A stretch of DNA of 39,106 nt from Bacteroidales bacterium (GTDB taxonomy: Bacteria; Bacteroidota; Bacteroidia; Bacteroidales; S143-33). Of the stretch, positions 26,855 through 36,776 are shown in pieces. Made by a program: the position numbers and the translations under genes. How positions within the stretch are numbered: the stretch's first letter is position 1; each line of letters begins with the position of its first letter. The notes under the pieces are model-generated. The model saw only the letters and a list, made by a program, of their open reading frames with translations, did no database searches and was not told the DNA's origin. The stretch lies in contig JALVRO010000141.1 in NCBI GenBank assembly GCA_027031265.1, positions 1 through 39,106 of the forward strand, read 5' to 3'.

Positions 26855-29800
26855 ATGAAATTTGCTGAGTATAAGCAGCTGAATTTACCAGAGATTAATA
26901 AAGAGGTATTGAAGTACTGGAAGGAGAATAATACCTTCCGCAAGAGTTTGAACTTGAGAGAGAACAATGAGCCTTTTGTTTTTTACGAAGGGCCACCATC
27001 AGCAAATGGACGTCCGGGAATTCATCATGTGCTCTCCCGTACTATAAAAGACCTGTTTTGCCGTTACAAGACAATGCAGGGATATTATGTAGAGCGTAAG
27101 GCAGGATGGGATACACATGGTTTGCCGGTCGAGCTTCAGGTGGAGAAAAAACTTGGCATTAACAAATACGAAATTGGCGAAAAAATATCTGTCGAAGAAT
27201 ATAATCGTCACTGCAAGCATGATGTAATGCAATATACTGATGTATGGGAAGAGCTGACCGAGCTCATGGGCTACTGGGTAGACCTAGATGACCCATACAT
27301 TACTTATGAGCCTAAATATATCGAGTCACTCTGGTGGGCCCTGAAGGAATTATACAAGCGTGGATTGCTTTACAAAGGTTACACAATACAGCCTTTCTCA
27401 CCAGCTGCTGGCACAGCTTTAAGCTCTCACGAGCTTAACCTGCCAGGCTGCTACCGTGACATCAAAGATGTCACGGGTGTGGCAATGTTTAAGGTAAAGC
27501 GCGACGATAGGAGCGAATTTTTGTTCCGTGATGTTGACACTGACCTTTATATCCTAGCATGGACAACCACACCCTGGACACTTTTGTCCAATACAGCCCT
27601 GGCAGTCGGTGAGAAAATTGTTTACCAGAAAATACGAACCTTTAATCCATACACAGGTGAGCCTGTAACAGTTATCCTGGCCACAGATCTGGTTCCTGAT
27701 TATTTCAAGCCCGAAGGTGCTGAGGCTGAGATGAAATACAATCCAGGGGACAAAGTCTTACCATGGCGTGTGCTTGGTGAATATACAGGTAAGGAACTGT
27801 CAGGTGTTCGCTATGAACAGCTATTCCCATATAAGCAACCCGACGAAGGTGATGCTTTCCGTGTAGTTATAGGTGACTTTGTTTCTACTGATGAAGGTAC
27901 TGGCATTGTACATATAGCACCAAGCTTTGGTGCAGATGACATGCGAGTAGCAAAGCAGAATGGTATTGGAGCTCTGACGCTGGTTAGCGAGCGTGGTAAG
28001 TTTGTTGATGGAGTGGGTGAGTTTAGTGGCCGTTTTGTCCGTCCAGAATATGAGCAGGGCTATGACCGTGAGACGAAGGAGATAGAGGAGAAATATGCCA
28101 GGGGTGAGATTAACCAGCGCCAGTATGAGAAGGAGAAAGACAAGATTGCAGATAAATATAATGTGAACATTGACATTGTTGTTAAGCTCAAGAAAGAAGG
28201 CAAGCTATTCAAAAGCGAGAAATATACACACTCATATCCTCACTGCTGGCGTACAGACAAGCCAATTCTTTATTACCCAATTGAGGCTTGGTTCATTCGT
28301 ACTACTGACAGGAAGGAGCGCATGATTGCGCTAAACCAGACCATTAACTGGCAGCCACCATCCACTGGCCAGGGCCGTTTTGGCGAATGGCTCAAGAATA
28401 TGGTGGACTGGAACCTGTCCCGTACCCGTTATTGGGGTACACCTCTGCCAGTGTGGGTTACTGACGACGGCAAGGAAGTCAAAGTAATTGGTTCGTACCA
28501 AGAGCTGATCCGTGAGATTGAGAAAGCAGTAGAGGCAGGTGTGATGAAGGAGAATCCATTCAAGGATTTTGTACCTGGTGATATGAGCAAGGAGAACTAT
28601 GAGAAGATTGATGTACACCGTCCTTATGTGGACCGTATTGTGCTGGTATCGGATAGCGGCAAGCCGATGAAGAGGGAGGAATTCCTTATTGATGTGTGGT
28701 TTGATTCTGGTGCTATGCCATTTGCCCAGCAGCATTATCCGTTTGAGAACCAGGAGAAATTCAAGCGTTATTTCCCTGCTGACTTTATAGCAGAGGGTGT
28801 GGACCAGACACGAGGTTGGTTCTATACATTACATGCTCTGGCAACAATGCTTTTCGATAGTGTGGCATACAAGAATGTTGTGTCTAATGGTCTGGTGCTT
28901 GATGCAAATGGTGAGAAGATGTCCAAGCGCAAGGGTAATGTTGTAGACCCATTCGAGGCTATGGACAAATATGGTGCAGATGCTATTCGCTGGTATATGA
29001 TGACTGTTTCGCCTCCATGGGAAAACCTCAAGTTTGACCTAAAGGGTGTGGAAGAAGTAATCCGCAAATTCTTTGGCACACTGTATAATACTTACAATTT
29101 CTTTGCTCTCTACGCTAATATTGATGGTTTCAAATACGCAGAAAAAGATATACCATACCAGCAGCGCCCAGAATTTGACCGCTGGATTCTGTCATTGCTC
29201 AATAGCTTGATAAAAGAAGTACATGACAGCCTTGACAGATATGATCCGACACATGCTGGCCGTGCAATTCAGAAGTTTGTAATCGATGACCTGAGCAACT
29301 GGTATGTGCGCCTTAACCGTAAGCGTTTCTGGGGCGGAGAATATGACAATGATAAAATTTCTGCTTATCAGACTTTATACACAGCACTGGAGACAGTAGC
29401 AATGTTGATGGCTCCATTGGCTCCGTTCTATGCAGAGCGTATTTATCAAGATCTGAATAAGGTGACAGGACGCCGCAGCGGAGAATCTGTGCATTTGCTT
29501 GATTTCCCACATGCAGATGAGAGTATGATTGACAAGGACCTGGAAGGGAAAATGGAGGTTGCTCAGCGTATTTCTTCCATGGTTTTGTCTCTGCGTCGCC
29601 AGGCAAAAATCAAGGTACGCCAGCCATTGGCCAAGATTCTTATACCAGTGATTGATAGTAAGATAGAGGAACAGGTTAATGCTGTTAAGGATATTATCCT
29701 GAGCGAGGTTAATGTCAAGGAAGTAGAGTTTATCAAGGACACAACAGGTGTGGTAGTTAAAAAAATAAAACCTGATTACAAAAAGCTGGGCCGTAAGCTT

Positions 29801-30289
29801 GGTAAGTTAATGAAGAATGTAGCCCAGGCTCTTGCCCAGATGTCACAGGAAGATATTAACAAGTTTGAAGCAGAGGGTAAATGGACTTTTGATATTGATG
29901 GACAGACAGTTGAGCTCTCATTAGACGAAGTAGAAATAATCACAGAAGACATGCCAGGCTGGATGGTCAAGACTGAAGGAAAATATACTGTGGCTTTGGA
30001 CGTTACTATAACAGACGAGCTCAGAAACGAAGGTATTGCACGCGAACTTGTTAACCGTATCCAGAATTTCCGCAAGGAGCTTGACTTGAATCTAACGGAC
30101 CGTATACTGGTATTTGTAGAGAATAAACCATTGGTTCGGGGTGCAATAGAATCTCATGCTGACTATATTAAAAATCAAACTTTGGCAAGGTCTTTGGAAC
30201 TGGTTGACAGTCCAATAGACGGTTATCCGAAAAAAGATGTTGAAGTTTATGACGAAACACTGTATATTCAGATACAAAAATTAAACTAG
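26855..30289 (+). CDS. ileS: Isoleucine--tRNA ligase, type 2
   Basis: EGPPSANGRPGIHH, GWDTHGLPVE, WTTTPWTL, GTGIVHIAP, HSYPHCWR, SRTRYWGTPLP, WFDSG, EGVDQTRGWF, KMSKR; long IleRS2-type C-terminus without a zinc finger. Confidence 0.98.
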   Translation: MKFAEYKQLNLPEINKEVLKYWKENNTFRKSLNLRENNEPFVFYEGPPSANGRPGIHHVLSRTIKDLFCRYKTMQGYYVERKAGWDTHGLPVELQVEKKLGINKYEIGEKISVEEYNRHCKHDVMQYTDVWEELTELMGYWVDLDDPYITYEPKYIESLWWALKELYKRGLLYKGYTIQPFSPAAGTALSSHELNLPGCYRDIKDVTGVAMFKVKRDDRSEFLFRDVDTDLYILAWTTTPWTLLSNTALAVGEKIVYQKIRTFNPYTGEPVTVILATDLVPDYFKPEGAEAEMKYNPGDKVLPWRVLGEYTGKELSGVRYEQLFPYKQPDEGDAFRVVIGDFVSTDEGTGIVHIAPSFGADDMRVAKQNGIGALTLVSERGKFVDGVGEFSGRFVRPEYEQGYDRETKEIEEKYARGEINQRQYEKEKDKIADKYNVNIDIVVKLKKEGKLFKSEKYTHSYPHCWRTDKPILYYPIEAWFIRTTDRKERMIALNQTINWQPPSTGQGRFGEWLKNMVDWNLSRTRYWGTPLPVWVTDDGKEVKVIGSYQELIREIEKAVEAGVMKENPFKDFVPGDMSKENYEKIDVHRPYVDRIVLVSDSGKPMKREEFLIDVWFDSGAMPFAQQHYPFENQEKFKRYFPADFIAEGVDQTRGWFYTLHALATMLFDSVAYKNVVSNGLVLDANGEKMSKRKGNVVDPFEAMDKYGADAIRWYMMTVSPPWENLKFDLKGVEEVIRKFFGTLYNTYNFFALYANIDGFKYAEKDIPYQQRPEFDRWILSLLNSLIKEVHDSLDRYDPTHAGRAIQKFVIDDLSNWYVRLNRKRFWGGEYDNDKISAYQTLYTALETVAMLMAPLAPFYAERIYQDLNKVTGRRSGESVHLLDFPHADESMIDKDLEGKMEVAQRISSMVLSLRRQAKIKVRQPLAKILIPVIDSKIEEQVNAVKDIILSEVNVKEVEFIKDTTGVVVKKIKPDYKKLGRKLGKLMKNVAQALAQMSQEDINKFEAEGKWTFDIDGQTVELSLDEVEIITEDMPGWMVKTEGKYTVALDVTITDELRNEGIARELVNRIQNFRKELDLNLTDRILVFVENKPLVRGAIESHADYIKNQTLARSLELVDSPIDGYPKKDVEVYDETLYIQIQKLN

Positions 30290-30310
30290 TAATTAACTAA
30301 ATCTTTTATT

Positions 30311-30700
30311 ATGGCCGAAAAGACAAGATACTCAGACGAAGAACTTGAAGAATTTCGTCAAATTATTCTCGAACGCCTCAAGACAGCTCGCGAAAACTAT
30401 GAGATGTATCTAAAAATTCTCAATCGCGAGCAAGAGAATATTACTGAAAACGACGCCTTTGTTTTCAAAGGTGTGGATGAGGACTATGTTGGGATTAGTC
30501 AGATGGAAGCTGCTATATTAGCCCAGCGCCAGATGGAGTATATCAAAAAACTAGAGGCTGCTCTGGTGAGAATCGAAAACAAAACTTATGGTATCTGCCG
30601 CAAAACAGGCAAGTTGATCTCCAAGGAAAGACTCAGGGCAGTACCACACGCTACTCTTAGCATTGAGGCTAAGATGAACAGGGACGTTCTGGGTGACTGA
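30311..30700 (+). CDS. dksA: TraR/DksA family transcriptional regulator (Bacteroidota type)
   Basis: MAEKTRYSDEELEEFR...ALVRIENKTYGICRKTGKLISKERLRAVPHATLSIEAK; usual position after ileS. Confidence 0.9.
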   Translation: MAEKTRYSDEELEEFRQIILERLKTARENYEMYLKILNREQENITENDAFVFKGVDEDYVGISQMEAAILAQRQMEYIKKLEAALVRIENKTYGICRKTGKLISKERLRAVPHATLSIEAKMNRDVLGD

Positions 30701-30721
30701 GTATCTTTTGGTTTGTCTCTG

Positions 30722-30766
30722 ATAGTCCAAAGCCAAAAATTTTATAGGCTTTGGACTATTTTTTTT
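30722..30766 (+). terminator. Intrinsic terminator between dksA and lspA
   Basis: Perfect 13-bp stem ATAGTCCAAAGCC/GGCTTTGGACTAT plus a T run. Confidence 0.82.
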
Positions 30767-30808
30767 ATTTTAGCATCAACAAGAAGTTCTGGCGTAAAAG
30801 GACCGATT

Positions 30809-31471
30809 ATGAGTATTCAGAAGAAGCGTTTGATTATTTCGTTGTTAGTAATAGTGTTTATTTTGTTTCTGGATCAGGCTCTGAAAATATGGGTCAAGAC
30901 CCACATGTTGCTCGGAGAAGATAGTTATTTGCATTGGGCCAGTTGGAATATTTCATGGATGAGACTGCATTTTGTGGAGAACCCGGGCATGGCTTTTGGC
31001 TTTAGTTTTCCTGGACTTTGGGGTAAGCTGTTGCTATCATTGTTTCGTGTGATACTTGTGGTGATTTTGATTATTATCCTGGTAATGAATTCTGATAAAT
31101 ATAGACTGGGATTTACAATTTTTCTGTCTGTGATAATAGCTGGAGCTCTTGGTAATCTGATAGATAGCGCATTTTATGGTTTGATATTTTCTGAGAGTCC
31201 TTATTTTCAGCCTGGAGCTGTGCCAGCGCATTTTGTTCCTTTGGGCCATGGCTATGCTCCTTTTTTGATGGGAAAGGTTGTGGATATGTTGTATTTCCCT
31301 TTGTGTAATTGTCATTTACCTGACTGGATCCCTATATGGGGAGGCAGGGATTTTTTGTTTTTTAGACCTATCTTTAATATAGCAGATAGTGCTATCTTTA
31401 TAGGTGTGTTAGGTTTATTTATTTTTAAAAATAAATTAGAATACAATGGGAAAGTTTCAGATAATAGCTGA
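30809..31471 (+). CDS. lspA: Lipoprotein signal peptidase II (start at ATG 30809)
   Basis: DQALKIWV, ENPGMAFG, GALGNLID, GKVVDM, FNIADSAI; the upstream TTG extension runs through the terminator hairpin. Confidence 0.95.
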   Translation: MSIQKKRLIISLLVIVFILFLDQALKIWVKTHMLLGEDSYLHWASWNISWMRLHFVENPGMAFGFSFPGLWGKLLLSLFRVILVVILIIILVMNSDKYRLGFTIFLSVIIAGALGNLIDSAFYGLIFSESPYFQPGAVPAHFVPLGHGYAPFLMGKVVDMLYFPLCNCHLPDWIPIWGGRDFLFFRPIFNIADSAIFIGVLGLFIFKNKLEYNGKVSDNS

Positions 31472-32003
31472 ACCTTTACCTGGGCTAAAGTTGTTGCAGC
31501 CCAGAGTCTTTGAGGATCATAGAGGCTATTTTGTTGAGTCATATAATAAGAAAGATTTTCTGGAGATTGGTATAGATACAGAGTTTGTTCAGGATAATCA
31601 AGCTAAATCAGTCTATGGTGTAATACGTGGACTTCATTACCAGTTACCTCCTTTTGCCCAGGCCAAGCTGGTACGTGTCATTCAGGGTAGGATTATTGAT
31701 GTGGCTCTGGATATGCGTAAAAATTCTCCTGCTTATGGGCAATACTTTATGATAGAGCTTTCGGAATCAAATCATTTACAGCTGTTTATTCCAAAAGGCT
31801 TTGCACATGGTTATGCCGTTCTTTCTGATGAAACTGTGGTCTTTTACAAAACAGATGAATATTACAGTCCAGAGTCAGAGGCAGGTGTTTACTTCGCTGA
31901 TCCTGAGCTTGGTATAAACTGGGAGATTCCCGAAAAAGACAGGATTATTTCTGATAAGGATAAAAAATTGCCACCATTCAAACAGGCAAAAATTTTTCAA
32001 TAA
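31446..32003 (+). CDS. rfbC: dTDP-4-dehydrorhamnose 3,5-epimerase
   Basis: FEDHRGYFVESY, FVQDN, GVIRGLHYQ, QAKLVRV, DVALDMR, IPKGFAHGY, ISDKD. Confidence 0.96.
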   Translation: MGKFQIIAEPLPGLKLLQPRVFEDHRGYFVESYNKKDFLEIGIDTEFVQDNQAKSVYGVIRGLHYQLPPFAQAKLVRVIQGRIIDVALDMRKNSPAYGQYFMIELSESNHLQLFIPKGFAHGYAVLSDETVVFYKTDEYYSPESEAGVYFADPELGINWEIPEKDRIISDKDKKLPPFKQAKIFQ

Positions 32004-32872
32004 TGAAAGTTCTGGTTACAGGTAGTACAGGCCAGCTGGGCGGTGAGCTGCAAAAGATTGCACACAATTACCATTGCGATTTTGTTTTTACTACCACGCA
32101 GGATCTGGATCTGAAAGACATGCCACATGTTAGTGATTTTATCCGGTACGAAGGTTTTGATTGGATAATTAATACAGCCGCATATACTGCTGTGGACAAG
32201 GCAGAGGAAGAGAAAGACGAAGCATTCTTGATTAATAGCATGGCAGTGTTCAATATGATTCAGGCTGCTGAGTGGATTGGTGCTAAGTTTATACATATTT
32301 CCACAGATTATGTTTTTGATGGACGGAAATCTACTCCTTATACAGAGCAAGACGAAATAAACCCCCAGAGTGTTTATGCCCAGAGCAAAGCCGAGGGTGA
32401 GAAATATGTGCTAAAATACAATTTTGGCATAGTGATACGTTCATCATGGCTTTATTCAGAATTTGGGCACAACTTTGTCAAGACAATGCTGCGCCTGGCC
32501 AGTCAGAGAGACGAGATAAGTGTGGTTTTTGATCAGGTGGGAACTCCTACTTATGCCCGGGACCTGGCAGAGATGATAATGACTATTATTCAGCGTCACG
32601 AGAAAGGTGGGCAGTTAATAGAACCAGGTCTTTATCATTTTTCCAATGAGGGTGTGGCTTCGTGGTATGATTTTGCACAGACAATATTTGAGTATTCGGG
32701 CAAAAATGTGAGACTCTTGCCTATCAGAACGCATCAACTCCTCCGTCCTGCTCCACGCCCAGCATATAGCGTGCTGGATAAGTCAAAGATCAAAAATCTA
32801 TACAATATTACCATCCCACATTGGAGACAGAGTCTCAGGAAAGCTATCAAAAGAATCGAAAAGAGTCTTTAA
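32003..32872 (+). CDS. rfbD: dTDP-4-dehydrorhamnose reductase
   Basis: VTGSTGQLG, AAYTAVDKAE, HISTDYVFDG, YAQSK (YxxxK), DQVGTPT, RPAYSVLD. Confidence 0.96.
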   Translation: MKVLVTGSTGQLGGELQKIAHNYHCDFVFTTTQDLDLKDMPHVSDFIRYEGFDWIINTAAYTAVDKAEEEKDEAFLINSMAVFNMIQAAEWIGAKFIHISTDYVFDGRKSTPYTEQDEINPQSVYAQSKAEGEKYVLKYNFGIVIRSSWLYSEFGHNFVKTMLRLASQRDEISVVFDQVGTPTYARDLAEMIMTIIQRHEKGGQLIEPGLYHFSNEGVASWYDFAQTIFEYSGKNVRLLPIRTHQLLRPAPRPAYSVLDKSKIKNLYNITIPHWRQSLRKAIKRIEKSL

Positions 32873-32888
32873 CAAACCAAAGACTATA

Positions 32889-35492
32889 ATGAGTAGACAG
32901 ATTAAATATTTGATAATCAATGTAATATTATTTTTCCCATTACTAGCCTTCCCACAGCAAGTAGATAGCCTGAGGCTTGATTCACTGCGCAGGGATTCTT
33001 TACTTATTGACACCATAACACACGGTGATAGCCTACAGATAACGGTTGCGAATACAGCAGATACAAATAAACCAAAACCCCTGGATAGACTGATAGAATA
33101 TGAGGCCAGGGATTCCTTGCATCTTTATATGGATAGTATGATTACTTACTTGTATCGTAAGGTCGACCTCAAAAGCGAGGATATGGAGCTTAAAGCTGGT
33201 AAGGTCAGGGTTGATATCCGGCACAACCAGCTTGAGGCTTTTGTAACTTATGATAGCATTGGACGTATTGATGAAAAGCCTGAATTTTCGAATAAAGACG
33301 ACAATTTTACTGCATATTACATGAAATATAACTTCAAGACACGAAAAGGATATGCTACAAATGTAAAGACCGAACAACCAGAAGGTTACCTGCATGGGGC
33401 ACAGGTAAAAATATTCCCATCCGGTATTACAAACATTCTGCATGGCAAGTTTACCACATGTAATCTGGACCGTCCACATTATTATATAAAACTCTCCCGT
33501 GCTAAATATATTCCTAACAAAAGTATTGTTACAGGACCTTTTTACTTTGTTATTGAGGATATTCCATTTCCCATTGGTTTGCCGTTTGGATATTTTCCAC
33601 AGCGAAAATATAATAGCTCTGGTATAGTACAGCCACAGCTCTTTCAGGAGCAAGAACGTGGTATAGGTCTTATTAATGGTGGTTATTACTTTGTGATTAA
33701 TGACAATATGGACTTTGAGGTGCTGGCAGATGTATTCTCCAAGGGTAGCTGGGGTCTGCATACCCGGCTTAGAGTTAATGACCGGTATAGGTATCAGTCC
33801 ACATTCTCGTTCAATTATACACATAGAGCCTCTGGTGAAAAAATATTATTAGATAGTCGCAGGAGCAATATGTTTAATGTGCAGTTTAGATTTAACCAGA
33901 AACAAAAAGCCAATCCAACTTTGCATTTCTCGGCAAATGTGAATTATTCCAAGGGAAATTATGATCAGTATAATGCGGTTAATATCCTGCAATTTGTGAA
34001 AAGCACTTCACAATCTTCTATCAACCTGACCAAAGATTTTCGTGGCACACCTTTCCGGCTTTCTGTGAATGGGTCTGTAACACAGACTTTCAAAGATAGT
34101 ACAACGATATTGAATATTAATGCACCTCGCCTGACTCTTAACATGAATCGTATCCAGCCATTCAAAAAGTTATTCAAGCCAGGGTCTAAGTCATGGTTTA
34201 AGGATTTTTCTGTAGGTTTTAAGGCCCAGTATAGCAGCAGTTTACCAAGTATTGTCGATACTGTGCTTTATTATCATCTAGATACACTCAAATATCTGGT
34301 ACAGAATGGGTTTAGCTATAACGTGCCAATAAGTTTTAAACCTGTCCGTGTTCTCCATTACATCAATATTTCTCCTGCTATATGGTACCAGGGCTGGATA
34401 TACACATCTTATATACACAAATACATGGTCAATGACACCACAGTAGAAGTTGATACAATCTATCGTTTACGTCATGCTTATAATTATAACCTGAGTCTGA
34501 GTGCTTCGACAAATCTTTATGGCCTTTTCAGGATTAATGCTCTGGGAATAAAGGCTATACGTCATAAGATGACCCCAGGTATTGGTTTTTCTTACAAGCC
34601 AGATTTCGGTGATCCTAAATATGGTTTTTACCAGCCTGAGCCTGATGATACCACAGGAACCAAATTTTACAATGTATTTTACATGCGTCCACTGGGTTCC
34701 CCAACACCAGGACTTCAGAAAAATCTTAATTTCGGTATTAATAATACATTCGAGATGAAAATCAGGCAAAAACAGGGCGATACTATTATTGACAAAAAGG
34801 TCAAGTTGCTGGATAGGTTTAATATATCTGGAAGCTATAACTTTGCAGCAGATTCGCTCAGATTCAGTCTTATACGAATCAATGCTAGCACTCATATCAA
34901 GCAAACTAATTTTTCTCTCATAGCTACATTTGATCCATATACAATAGACCACAGTGGCCGTAGAATCAATGTTTATGAGTATACAGTATCAGGCAAACCT
35001 TTGAGACTGACTAGCGTTCGGTTCAATACAAACCTGTCGCTCAAATCAGAGGATTTTAACAAACAAAAACAAACACCTGCTAAAAAAGGCAAGGGTCAAA
35101 AGCAACAAACAGAAAAGGAGCAATATATACCTTACAAATACTTTGAGCCTAATTGGAACTTTAACCTCAGGTATAGTTTCACGCTCAGGAATGTTTTTGA
35201 CCGCAAGACAGGTACATCAGTGATAAATATTTCCCAGGTTTTGAACTTTACATTTGTTATAAATCCCACGCCTTACTGGAAGGTCAGTATATTCTCTGGT
35301 TATGATTTTAATAAAAAACAAATAGTACCTCCTACATTTTATATATATCGTGATCTGCATTGCTGGGAGATGGCTCTGCAGGTCATACCATCTGGTAAGA
35401 TGAAAAGCTATTTGTTTACAGTCAGGATAAAATCGCCAATGTTTAGCTTCTTCGAATTCAAACGTCAGCGTAGTTGGCACGATAATTTCTAG
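32889..35492 (+). CDS. lptD: Putative LPS-assembly protein LptD (Bacteroidota type)
   Basis: Signal peptide, YEARDS, YNFKTRKG, GKFTTCNLDRPHY, NGGYYFVIND, beta-strand-rich body, C-terminal RDLHCWEM motif. Confidence 0.88.
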   Translation: MSRQIKYLIINVILFFPLLAFPQQVDSLRLDSLRRDSLLIDTITHGDSLQITVANTADTNKPKPLDRLIEYEARDSLHLYMDSMITYLYRKVDLKSEDMELKAGKVRVDIRHNQLEAFVTYDSIGRIDEKPEFSNKDDNFTAYYMKYNFKTRKGYATNVKTEQPEGYLHGAQVKIFPSGITNILHGKFTTCNLDRPHYYIKLSRAKYIPNKSIVTGPFYFVIEDIPFPIGLPFGYFPQRKYNSSGIVQPQLFQEQERGIGLINGGYYFVINDNMDFEVLADVFSKGSWGLHTRLRVNDRYRYQSTFSFNYTHRASGEKILLDSRRSNMFNVQFRFNQKQKANPTLHFSANVNYSKGNYDQYNAVNILQFVKSTSQSSINLTKDFRGTPFRLSVNGSVTQTFKDSTTILNINAPRLTLNMNRIQPFKKLFKPGSKSWFKDFSVGFKAQYSSSLPSIVDTVLYYHLDTLKYLVQNGFSYNVPISFKPVRVLHYINISPAIWYQGWIYTSYIHKYMVNDTTVEVDTIYRLRHAYNYNLSLSASTNLYGLFRINALGIKAIRHKMTPGIGFSYKPDFGDPKYGFYQPEPDDTTGTKFYNVFYMRPLGSPTPGLQKNLNFGINNTFEMKIRQKQGDTIIDKKVKLLDRFNISGSYNFAADSLRFSLIRINASTHIKQTNFSLIATFDPYTIDHSGRRINVYEYTVSGKPLRLTSVRFNTNLSLKSEDFNKQKQTPAKKGKGQKQQTEKEQYIPYKYFEPNWNFNLRYSFTLRNVFDRKTGTSVINISQVLNFTFVINPTPYWKVSIFSGYDFNKKQIVPPTFYIYRDLHCWEMALQVIPSGKMKSYLFTVRIKSPMFSFFEFKRQRSWHDNF

Positions 35493-35523
35493 TAAATTTA
35501 TAGCAAACTAAAAATCATTTGTT

Positions 35524-35907
35524 ATGAAAAAGATAATTGCAACTGATAATGCACCCAGGGCTATTGGCCCTTATAGCCAGGCTGTAGAGGTCAATGGTAT
35601 GCTCTTTATCTCTGGTCAAATACCTATTGATCCCAGCACAGGCCATATAGTCAAAGGCGGAATAAAAGAACAGACTGGCCAGGTGCTGAAAAATATTGGA
35701 GCCATACTGGAGGCCGCAGGATATAGTTTCTCAGACGTGGTTAAATCAACTGTCTTCCTTAAAGACATGAATGATTTTGCAGGTATGAATGAAGTTTATG
35801 CCCGCTATTATGCTGATAATCCGCCTGCCCGCGCTGCTTTTCAGGTAGCACGCCTACCTCTGGATGTATTGGTGGAGATAGAAACAATAGCAATTAAATC
35901 TAAATAA
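35524..35907 (+). CDS. ridA: RidA (YjgF/YER057c/UK114) enamine/imine deaminase
   Basis: [42 protein letters not shown]. Confidence 0.96.
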   Translation: MKKIIATDNAPRAIGPYSQAVEVNGMLFISGQIPIDPSTGHIVKGGIKEQTGQVLKNIGAILEAAGYSFSDVVKSTVFLKDMNDFAGMNEVYARYYADNPPARAAFQVARLPLDVLVEIETIAIKSK

Positions 35908-35908
35908 A

Positions 35909-36670
35909 ATGAATAACAAGCTGAAATATACTGTTTTCCTGCTGATAATCCTTAGTCTTTTTGCCTGCCATAGGGACAAAAAAAACAATGAGCAGGGAAA
36001 GAAAAGTAAGCAATTTGTTGAACAAGATTATTTCTTTCCTCCTGAGTTGTATTATTACCAGGCTCGAAGCGATTATATGATAGACAAACTCTTCCCTATT
36101 GGCTGGTCTGAGGATGGTAATTTTGCTTTTATTGTCGAACCAGCTGTTGAAGGGCTGGATGTATATGTCTTTGAGATGTATGTCATTAACCTTATTAGTG
36201 GGGATACGCTCTGGCACTGGACCACACCTCCAGACCAGGACCTGGTTAGAGAAGAAGTGTGGAAGAATAATTACAATCAGTTCAAGACTATCTTGAATAA
36301 GTACCATGTTATTCAGGATAAAAAGCCACAATTGCTTGCTCCGTATTTTACTTATCAGGGGGATGATTTTAGCATAGAGATGCAGACAGACTTTCGCAAG
36401 GAGCCAGGTTATGGTTTTGAACCTGTCGGTCATACACGTATTATTATCCGTTCTCCACAAAGAGGTGTGAAGGTGGCTTATGATAAAGATTTGCCAAAGA
36501 ATTCTATTATCATTTCGCAGACAATAGCTGGTGTGCTGATCAGCCCTCTCAATGACAAGATAGCTATTATCTTACAGCAGGAAAGACCAGGCTATGAAGG
36601 GCCTCCAAATGTTATTACTTTCCAGATCATTGGTACCAGCCTGGGAGCTGGATGGAGCTATGAAAATTAA
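35909..36670 (+). CDS. Hypothetical lipoprotein
   Basis: LFA|C lipobox; PIGWSEDGNFAF motif; starts 1 nt after the ridA stop. Confidence 0.8.
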   Translation: MNNKLKYTVFLLIILSLFACHRDKKNNEQGKKSKQFVEQDYFFPPELYYYQARSDYMIDKLFPIGWSEDGNFAFIVEPAVEGLDVYVFEMYVINLISGDTLWHWTTPPDQDLVREEVWKNNYNQFKTILNKYHVIQDKKPQLLAPYFTYQGDDFSIEMQTDFRKEPGYGFEPVGHTRIIIRSPQRGVKVAYDKDLPKNSIIISQTIAGVLISPLNDKIAIILQQERPGYEGPPNVITFQIIGTSLGAGWSYEN

Positions 36671-36672
36671 TT

Positions 36673-36707
36673 AAAAGGCTGCCTATTTTACACAGGCAGC
36701 CTTTTTT
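36673..36707 (+). terminator. Intrinsic terminator closing the lspA-to-lipoprotein run
   Basis: AAAAGGCTGCCT...AGGCAGCCTTTTTT. Confidence 0.88.
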
Positions 36708-36776
36708 GTCAATTTAGTGTTTTGCTTTTTTGAAAAAAATATTATTTTTAACAAAAAAATAATAATCTTTTTTATT

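Noticed and set aside
30713-30808. N-terminal TTG extension of lspA
   Set aside because: It runs through a terminator hairpin; LspA-like sequence starts at ATG 30809.
36717-36776. GTG extension giving the amidase an apparent hydrophobic leader
   Set aside because: It translates A/T homopolymer promoter DNA with no proper h-region or cleavage site; ATG 36777 has the usual AT-rich initiation context.
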